Part shown: piece after piece, positions 18,377 to 24,000 of the stretch
How positions within the stretch are numbered: the stretch's first letter is position 1
Layout: each line of letters starts with the position of its first letter
Assembly: GCF_007644035.1 (NCBI RefSeq)
Contig: NZ_VMTV02000134.1
Location: 297,548 to 321,547 of the forward strand
Length of the DNA stretch: 24,000 nt
Direction of reading: 5' to 3'
Source of the DNA: Vogesella mureinivorans
GTDB lineage: Bacteria; Pseudomonadota; Gammaproteobacteria; Burkholderiales; Chromobacteriaceae
Notes under the pieces: generated by a model
Told to the model about the DNA's origin: nothing
The model's input: only the letters and a program-made list of their open reading frames with translations
Databases searched by the model: none
Made by a program: the position numbers and the translations under genes

Positions 18377-19261
18377 CTAACGCAGGCAGGCGCTGGGCGG
18401 CTGGCCGAAGCGGCGGCGGAAGGCGGTGGCAAAGTTGGCCGCAGAGCTGTAGCCCGCCCCCAGTGCCACATCGGTAATGCGGTGCTGCCCGCTTAGCAGT
18501 AGCTGGCGGGCACTTTCCAGCCGCTGCCCGCGCAGATAGTCCATCACGCTGCAGCTAAAGTGGCGGCGAAAGTGTCGTTGCAGGGTGCTGCTGCTCATGC
18601 ATGCGGCGTCGGCCAGCTGGTGCAGGCTCCAGTTTTCCCCCTCGCCACTGTCTATCAGGTCTTTTACCCGCTGCAGGTGGCGGTTCAGTTGCGGGGTAGC
18701 CGGGCTGTTGGCCGGGGTGTCGCCCAGTGCCTCCAGTACCTGGCCTAGCAGCAGCATGCCCATGCCCTCGCGCTCGATCTGCGTCAGCAGGGGGTTGGCC
18801 GCACGGTGTTGCACCATGTGCTGTGCTAGCTGGGTCAATGGCGCGCTGGCCGTCCATTGCCGTGCTGCCAGGTGGCCGCGCGCCAGGCGGGCTAGCGTGG
18901 ATTGCTTACCCGCTTCGGCCAGACCGTGGCGTTCCAGCCAGGGGTGGTCCAGTGCCATGCATACCTTCAGCTCGATACCAGGTTGGCCGCAGTGGCGCTG
19001 GAACAGCGCTTGTTCATTGAGGTTCACCAGTAGCACCTGGGCTTGATGCTGTGGTTGCAGGCGAAAGTCTTGCTGATCGAAGCGCAGCTGCAGCGGCCCC
19101 TGTAGTGCCACGATCAGCCGTAGCCCGGCGGCGCTGACATTGCTGTGGCTGTGCGGGTTGGCTCGGCTGCGGTTGGCGCTGATATGCAGACCCGGTGTGG
19201 TGTGCTGTACCCAGGCGACGTCGCCACCCATCCCCCTGCTACGTGCTGGCTGCCCCTGCAT
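18377..19261 (-). CDS. AraC-family transcriptional regulator (possibly iron/siderophore-responsive by context)
   Basis: About 294 aa; C-terminal double HTH: WSLHQLADAACMSSSTLQRHFRRHFSCSVMDYLRGQRLESARQLLLSGQHRITDVALGAGYSSAANFATAFRRRFGQPPSACLR. ATG at 19261 preceded by a GGAGAAAG-like SD. Confidence 0.88.
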   Translation of the reverse strand: MQGQPARSRGMGGDVAWVQHTTPGLHISANRSRANPHSHSNVSAAGLRLIVALQGPLQLRFDQQDFRLQPQHQAQVLLVNLNEQALFQRHCGQPGIELKVCMALDHPWLERHGLAEAGKQSTLARLARGHLAARQWTASAPLTQLAQHMVQHRAANPLLTQIEREGMGMLLLGQVLEALGDTPANSPATPQLNRHLQRVKDLIDSGEGENWSLHQLADAACMSSSTLQRHFRRHFSCSVMDYLRGQRLESARQLLLSGQHRITDVALGAGYSSAANFATAFRRRFGQPPSACLR

Positions 19262-19294
19262 GCTGCTTTCTCCTTGTTCCCTCAATGCCGCTGG

Positions 19295-19321
19295 CGCAAA
19301 CGCGCTTGCGCTTTACGCAAA
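19295..19321. promoter_or_regulatory. Candidate AraC-type direct-repeat site upstream of the regulator
   Basis: CGCAAA at 19295-19300 and again at 19316-19321, i.e. exactly 21 bp apart, between the regulator start and the Fur box. Confidence 0.35.
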
Positions 19322-19361
19322 AGCCCTGCCGCCGACAAAACCGGATACTAGCAGACTTCTT

Positions 19362-19380
19362 GATAATAAGAATAGTTATC
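19362..19380. promoter_or_regulatory. Fur box in the divergent intergenic region
   Basis: GATAATAAGAATAGTTATC matches the classic 19-mer GATAATGATAATCATTATC at 15 of 19 positions (counted by eye). Confidence 0.8.
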
Positions 19381-19399
19381 AACAAGTGAGGTGGTAACC

Positions 19400-20329
19400 A
19401 TGTGTATCCGATCCCGTCTGGCGGGTTGGCTGGGCGCGGCCTGGCTGCTGCTGGCCATGCTGCCGGCACTGGCCTCGCCCGTCGTGCTGGAAGGCGCCAG
19501 CCAGTTTGAGCTGCACTCACGGCATACCGGCCGCGACTACCGCATCTATCTGTCGGTACCCGCCGTACCGCCACCAGCTGGGGGCTACCCGGTGCTGTAC
19601 GCGCTGGATGGTGACGCCAGCTTTGCCCGCCTGCACCAGGCCAACCCGCGCGAGGCCAGTGTATTGGCGCGCCTGCGCCAGCACGGGCCCGTGGTGCCGC
19701 TGCCTGGCGTGGTGGTGGGCATAGGTTATGGCTGCCCGTTTAGCCAGACGATGGATTGGCGCGCCGAAGATTACACCCCGCCACTGTCGTGCCAGGCTTG
19801 CGAGCTGTCTTCGCCGCGCCACGGTGGGGCCGACGCCTTTGCCCGTTTCATCAATGAAGAGCTCAAGCCGGAAATCGCCCGCCGCCTGCCAGTGAACACG
19901 GCGCGCCAGAGCCTGTTCGGCCATTCCTATGGTGGCCTGTTTACCGTGTACCAGCTGCTGCAACAGCCGCAGCACTTCCAGCATTACTTTGCCATCAGCC
20001 CGTCGCTATGGTTTGGCGACCGGGCCCTGTTGGCCGCGCCGCTGCCCGTGCTGCCGGCTACAGCGCCACGCTTGCTGGTGCTGTGGGTAGGGCAAGACGA
20101 GCAGCCGGCCAGCTACGACCTGGCGGTTGACCGCCAACGGCAGCAGCGCCTGCAGCAAAACCGCATGGTGAGTAATACCGCCGAGCTACAGGCCCGCTTA
20201 TACGGCCTGCCTGGCCTGGTAAGTGATTACCGTGTCGTGCCCGGCCATGACCACGGCCAGATGCATGGCTACGCCATCGACCGTGTACTGGCTATTGCCT
20301 TTAGCCCGGCCTGGCAGCCAGCCCACTGA
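19400..20329 (+). CDS. Secreted/periplasmic alpha/beta-hydrolase, Fes/IroE/BesA-like (putative ferric-siderophore esterase)
   Basis: 309 aa from MCIRSRLAGWLGAAWLLLAMLPALA (signal peptide); GYPVLYALDGDASF, nucleophile motif SLFGHSYGGLFTVYQLL, and catalytic His region VVPGHDHGQMHG. The ATG at 19400 has an SD-like GTGAGGTGG upstream. Confidence 0.78.
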   Translation: MCIRSRLAGWLGAAWLLLAMLPALASPVVLEGASQFELHSRHTGRDYRIYLSVPAVPPPAGGYPVLYALDGDASFARLHQANPREASVLARLRQHGPVVPLPGVVVGIGYGCPFSQTMDWRAEDYTPPLSCQACELSSPRHGGADAFARFINEELKPEIARRLPVNTARQSLFGHSYGGLFTVYQLLQQPQHFQHYFAISPSLWFGDRALLAAPLPVLPATAPRLLVLWVGQDEQPASYDLAVDRQRQQRLQQNRMVSNTAELQARLYGLPGLVSDYRVVPGHDHGQMHGYAIDRVLAIAFSPAWQPAH

Positions 20330-20377
20330 TTTCATGTGATGGGGTGGCCTGTCACCCCGCTTATTTCGGGAATAAAA

Positions 20378-22399
20378 ATGAAGCAACGCAAACATTCCAG
20401 GGCCCGCTTTGCGGCCAACCCGCTGTACGCCATCCTGTTTGGCAGTGCCATGCTGCTGCCGGCCCATACCGCCCTGGCAGCGGAGACCCTGCTGGACAAG
20501 GTGACGGTGACCGGTGAAAAAATGAACCGTAGCCTGGCCAAGACCACCACCGCCGTGAGTGTGCTGCAGGGTGAGCGGGTGGATAGCGGCGAGATCAGCT
20601 CGGTGAACGAGGTGGCGGCCATGGTGCCCAATATGACCCTGAATGCCGTTGGTGGCGTCAACATCCGTGGCGTAGAAGGCGCCGGGCCGGGCGTGGGCTT
20701 TTATTCTTTTGTTGGCGGTGGCCGCCCGCGCATCAGCACCAGCCTGGATGGCGTGGCTGACGTGTGGACCGGCCAGCAATACCTGGACAGCGATGTGTGG
20801 GACGTAAAGCAGGTAGAAGTGCTGCGCGGGCCGCAGTCCACCACCCAGGGCCGTAACGCGCTGGGCGGCGCGGTGCTGGTGCAGACCAATGACCCCACCT
20901 TCCACCAGGAAGGCGCGCTGCGGCTGGGCTGGGAAGACACCGATGGCCGTGCCAACGTGGCCGGCATGTTGTCTGGTGCGCTGGTAGCAGACGAGCTGGC
21001 CTACCGCCTTACCGCCAATGCCTTGAAAGGGCATGGTTTCATCAACTACAGCGGCGCTACCGGCGGGCAGGACCCCTCCGCGCTGCAGCGTAGCAATGTG
21101 CGCGGCAAGCTGCTGTGGAAGCCCAAGTCTTTGCCGCAGCTGCAGGCGCGCTTGACGGTAGCGCACCGCGACTACCAGGGCGAGTACCTGAACCTGATCA
21201 CCGGCCCCGACCTGGGCGCCTATACCTACAAGGCCAGCGCTGCGGCCAACGCCCGCATCCAGGACTCGCAGAACACTACCACCACGCTGGACACCGAGTA
21301 CGACTTCCAGAACGGCGTTACCGGCCACCTGCAGTACAGCTACAGCGACAACCACATCGGCTTCGAGCAATACCCCAGCCGCATGAGCCTGGCACTGGAC
21401 GACCAGAACCACACGCTGGAAGGCCGCCTGGTATACCAGCGCCCGCAGAGCGCCCTGAGCGGTGTGCTGGGCGTGTATGCCTACCAGCGTGATCAGGACC
21501 TGCATGCCTTTACCGCCACCACCACTACCTTCAAGGGCAATGACAAGGTCACCACGTTGGCCGCCTACACCGACGGCGAGCTGGCGCTGAACGACAGCTG
21601 GTCGCTGCTGGCCGGCCTGCGCGCCGAGCGCGAAACGCAACACCGCGATATCCGCTATAACGGCTCGCCGATCAAGGGTGACATTGGCAAGACCACGCTG
21701 CTACCCAAGCTGGGTATTAGCCACCAGTGGTCGCCGGCCACGCAGATGAGCTTTACCGTGCGCCAGGGCTACAACCCGGGTGGGGTGTCGGTAGACGAAA
21801 ACAACGCGGTATTCGAGTACGGCAGCGAGAAGGTCAATGCCTACGAATACGCGCTGAAAACCCGCCAGGGTGGCGTGCTCATAGGGGCCAACCTGTTTTA
21901 CAACGACTACACCGACTACCAGATGAGCTACGCCAGCCGCCTGCGCAATGTGCCGCAAGCGCATTCGCTGGGGCTGGAGCTGAGCGCCGCCGCCAGCATC
22001 ATTGGCGGGCTGGAAATCAACGCCGGCCTGGGCCTGCTGCGCAGCAAGGTAGACAAGGCGCCCGCAGGGGCGGCCGGCATTGCCGGCAAGGAGATGACCT
22101 ACGCCCCGGCTATCACGGCGACGCTGGGCGTGAAAAAGCAGTGGGGTAGCTGGACCGCTGCGGCCAACCTGCAGCACGTGGGCGAGTACTACACCGACAC
22201 CGCCAATACCAGCACCACCATGGGCGGCGACTACAACCTCCTTAATCTCAACCTGGCCTACGCTGTCAACGACGACACCACGCTGCGTACCTACGTGAAG
22301 AACGCGCTGAACGAGGCTGTCGTGCTGGGCAAGCGCACCACCGGCTTTTATGTGGGTGCACCGCGCACCGTGGGCATGAACGTGGACTACCGCTTCTAG
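20378..22399 (+). CDS. TonB-dependent outer membrane receptor (probable ferric-siderophore receptor)
   Basis: 673 aa; signal peptide, TonB-box-like DKVTVTGEK, plug domain (VNIRGVEGAG, VEVLRGPQSTTQGRNALGGAVLVQTNDP), and C-terminal beta-strand ending TVGMNVDYRF. Start reassigned from 20336. Confidence 0.9.
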   Translation: MKQRKHSRARFAANPLYAILFGSAMLLPAHTALAAETLLDKVTVTGEKMNRSLAKTTTAVSVLQGERVDSGEISSVNEVAAMVPNMTLNAVGGVNIRGVEGAGPGVGFYSFVGGGRPRISTSLDGVADVWTGQQYLDSDVWDVKQVEVLRGPQSTTQGRNALGGAVLVQTNDPTFHQEGALRLGWEDTDGRANVAGMLSGALVADELAYRLTANALKGHGFINYSGATGGQDPSALQRSNVRGKLLWKPKSLPQLQARLTVAHRDYQGEYLNLITGPDLGAYTYKASAAANARIQDSQNTTTTLDTEYDFQNGVTGHLQYSYSDNHIGFEQYPSRMSLALDDQNHTLEGRLVYQRPQSALSGVLGVYAYQRDQDLHAFTATTTTFKGNDKVTTLAAYTDGELALNDSWSLLAGLRAERETQHRDIRYNGSPIKGDIGKTTLLPKLGISHQWSPATQMSFTVRQGYNPGGVSVDENNAVFEYGSEKVNAYEYALKTRQGGVLIGANLFYNDYTDYQMSYASRLRNVPQAHSLGLELSAAASIIGGLEINAGLGLLRSKVDKAPAGAAGIAGKEMTYAPAITATLGVKKQWGSWTAAANLQHVGEYYTDTANTSTTMGGDYNLLNLNLAYAVNDDTTLRTYVKNALNEAVVLGKRTTGFYVGAPRTVGMNVDYRF

Positions 22400-22420
22400 C
22401 GCAGGTATTGGCCACCCTCA

Positions 22421-22456
22421 GCAAGGCCCCCGCCCAGGCGGGGGCCTTGCTTTTTG
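22421..22456 (+). terminator. Strong rho-independent terminator
   Basis: GCAAGGCCCCCGCC (22421-22434) / GGCGGGGGCCTTGC (22437-22450) perfect inverted repeat followed by TTTTT. Confidence 0.92.
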
Positions 22457-22548
22457 CGGTAACGAGGGTTTAAATTCTACAAAATGTCTAATAAAATGCA
22501 TTGGACACCATTTTGCAACACAATACCACGCGAAATGCTGCGCTGCAT

Positions 22549-22577
22549 TTGACAGATTGTCGTCGAATTTGTATCGT
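22549..22577 (+). promoter_or_regulatory. Candidate sigma70 promoter for the HTH/leuA reading frame
   Basis: TTGACA (22549-22554), 17-bp spacer, TATCGT (22572-22577); ATG follows at 22606. Confidence 0.65.
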
Positions 22578-22605
22578 GAACCCATAACAAGACAGGAGTG
22601 GCAGC

Positions 22606-24000
22606 ATGCAATTGGACATCGAACGTCTAATCGAGGATTTTGGTGGCCCCGGTACGCTCGCGGAAGCGTTGACGGCGGCCTTTCCCGATGAGCCGGTGTC
22701 CCGTGCGGCCATTTACAAATGGCGCGAGCGCGGCACCTTGCCGCTGGCGCAGCTGAACAAGCTGGCCAAACTCGCCGCCGATCAGGGCAAGCGTTTCGAT
22801 TTCAACGACTATCTGGCCGGGGCACAACCCGCGGCACAATGGAGATCACCAGACATGGGCGACCGTCTTTACATTTTCGATACCACCCTGCGTGACGGCG
22901 AGCAATCGCCCGGCGCAGCCATGACCAAAGAAGAAAAAGTACGTATCGCCCGCCAGCTGGAGCGCCTGGGTGTAGACGTGATCGAGGCCGGTTTTGCCGC
23001 CGCCAGCCCGGGTGATGCCGACGCGATCCGCGCCATTGCCGAAGTGGTGAAAGAATCCACCGTCTGTAGCCTGGCCCGTGCCAACGAGCGCGACATTCGC
23101 GCCGCCGGCGAAGCCATCGCCCCGGCCCCGAGAAAACGCATTCACACCTTCATCGCCACCAGCCCAATCCACATGGAGAAAAAGCTGCGCATGACGCCGG
23201 ATGAAGTGGTGGAGGCCGCGATCAAAGCCGTGAAGCTGGCACGCGAGTACACCGACGACGTGGAGTTCTCGGCCGAAGACGCGCTGCGCTCCGACATCGA
23301 CTTCCTCGCCCGCATTTTTGGCGAAGTCATCAAGGCCGGTGCCACCACGCTGAACGTGCCCGACACCGTGGGCTATGCCGTACCGAAAGTGACCGAAGCG
23401 TTCTTCCGCGAGCTGATCGCCAAAACCCCGGGTGGCGACAAGGTCATCTGGTCTGCCCACTGCCACAACGACCTGGGCATGGCCGTGGCCAACAGCCTGG
23501 CCGCCGTGCTGGGCGGTGCCCGCCAGGTGGAATGCACCATCAACGGCCTGGGCGAGCGCGCCGGTAATGCCGCCATCGAAGAAATCGTGATGGCCGTGCG
23601 TACCCGCAAAGACGTGTTTGGCGTGGAAACCGGTGTGGATGCAACCCAGATCGTACCGGCATCCAAGCTGGTGTCCACCATCACCGGCTACCCGGTGCAG
23701 CCGAACAAGGCCATTGTGGGCGCCAACGCTTTTGCCCACGAGTCCGGCATTCACCAAGACGGTGTGCTGAAGCACCGCGAAACCTACGAAATCATGTCGG
23801 CCGAGTCGGTAGGCTGGACCGCCAACCGCCTGACGCTGGGCAAACTGTCTGGCCGTAATGCCTTCCGTACCAAGCTCACCGCACTGGGCATTGTGCTGGA
23901 AAGCGAAGAAGCACTGAACGCCGCTTTTGCCCGCTTTAAAGAGCTGGCTGACAAGAAACGCGAGATTTTCGACGAAGATCTGCACGCCCTGGTGTCCGAC
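22606..24000 (+). CDS. leuA: 2-isopropylmalate synthase, with an in-frame helix-turn-helix-like N-terminal segment (22606-22854); 3' end beyond the window
   Basis: Open from ATG 22606 with no stop. The first 83 codons read [83 protein letters not shown], then [54 protein letters not shown]… (LeuA). The conventional LeuA start is ATG 22855 with GGAG 10 nt upstream. Enzyme identity is very secure; true N-terminus uncertain. Confidence 0.93.
   Translation, partial: MQLDIERLIEDFGGPGTLAEALTAAFPDEPVSRAAIYKWRERGTLPLAQLNKLAKLAADQGKRFDFNDYLAGAQPAAQWRSPDMGDRLYIFDTTLRDGEQSPGAAMTKEEKVRIARQLERLGVDVIEAGFAAASPGDADAIRAIAEVVKESTVCSLARANERDIRAAGEAIAPAPRKRIHTFIATSPIHMEKKLRMTPDEVVEAAIKAVKLAREYTDDVEFSAEDALRSDIDFLARIFGEVIKAGATTLNVPDTVGYAVPKVTEAFFRELIAKTPGGDKVIWSAHCHNDLGMAVANSLAAVLGGARQVECTINGLGERAGNAAIEEIVMAVRTRKDVFGVETGVDATQIVPASKLVSTITGYPVQPNKAIVGANAFAHESGIHQDGVLKHRETYEIMSAESVGWTANRLTLGKLSGRNAFRTKLTALGIVLESEEALNAAFARFKELADKKREIFDEDLHALVSD

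Noticed and set aside
20198-21643. 481-aa minus-strand ORF opposite the TonB receptor
   Set aside because: Antisense shadow with composition typical of reverse-complemented GC-rich coding sequence.
22846-23985. 379-aa minus-strand ORF opposite leuA
   Set aside because: The plus strand encodes canonical LeuA without a stop to the window end; the antisense frame has no recognisable motif.

Overview
The window has the composition and gene content of a Neisseriales/Chromobacteriaceae-like betaproteobacterium (inference from protein content, not a database call). It contains, left to right: (1) a minus-strand amino-sugar/chitooligosaccharide uptake and degradation cluster (solute-binding protein, two ABC permeases, GH3 beta-N-acetylhexosaminidase, ABC ATPase, porin, ROK-family GlcNAc kinase), with a dense set of TGGTAT/ATACCA elements upstream of it; (2) a KAP-family P-loop NTPase whose frame appears to be broken by a -1 shift and whose distal half is AT-rich; (3) proS, a lytic transglycosylase and an RDD-family protein; (4) ilvI-ilvH-ilvC-pssA; (5) an iron-related cassette (AraC-family regulator, periplasmic Fes/IroE-like esterase, TonB-dependent receptor) with a convincing Fur box; (6) leuA (cut by the window end), preceded by an in-frame ~83-codon helix-turn-helix-like segment with no intervening stop. 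Most of the window is standard metabolism. The three items most worth a second look are the KAP NTPase with a candidate -1 frameshift (heptamer A_AAG_GGC with AGGAGG upstream), the HTH-like N-terminal extension reading into LeuA, and the TGGTAT element array including an 11-bp-phased triple repeat and a 14-bp palindrome. I see no convincing multi-gene novel system.
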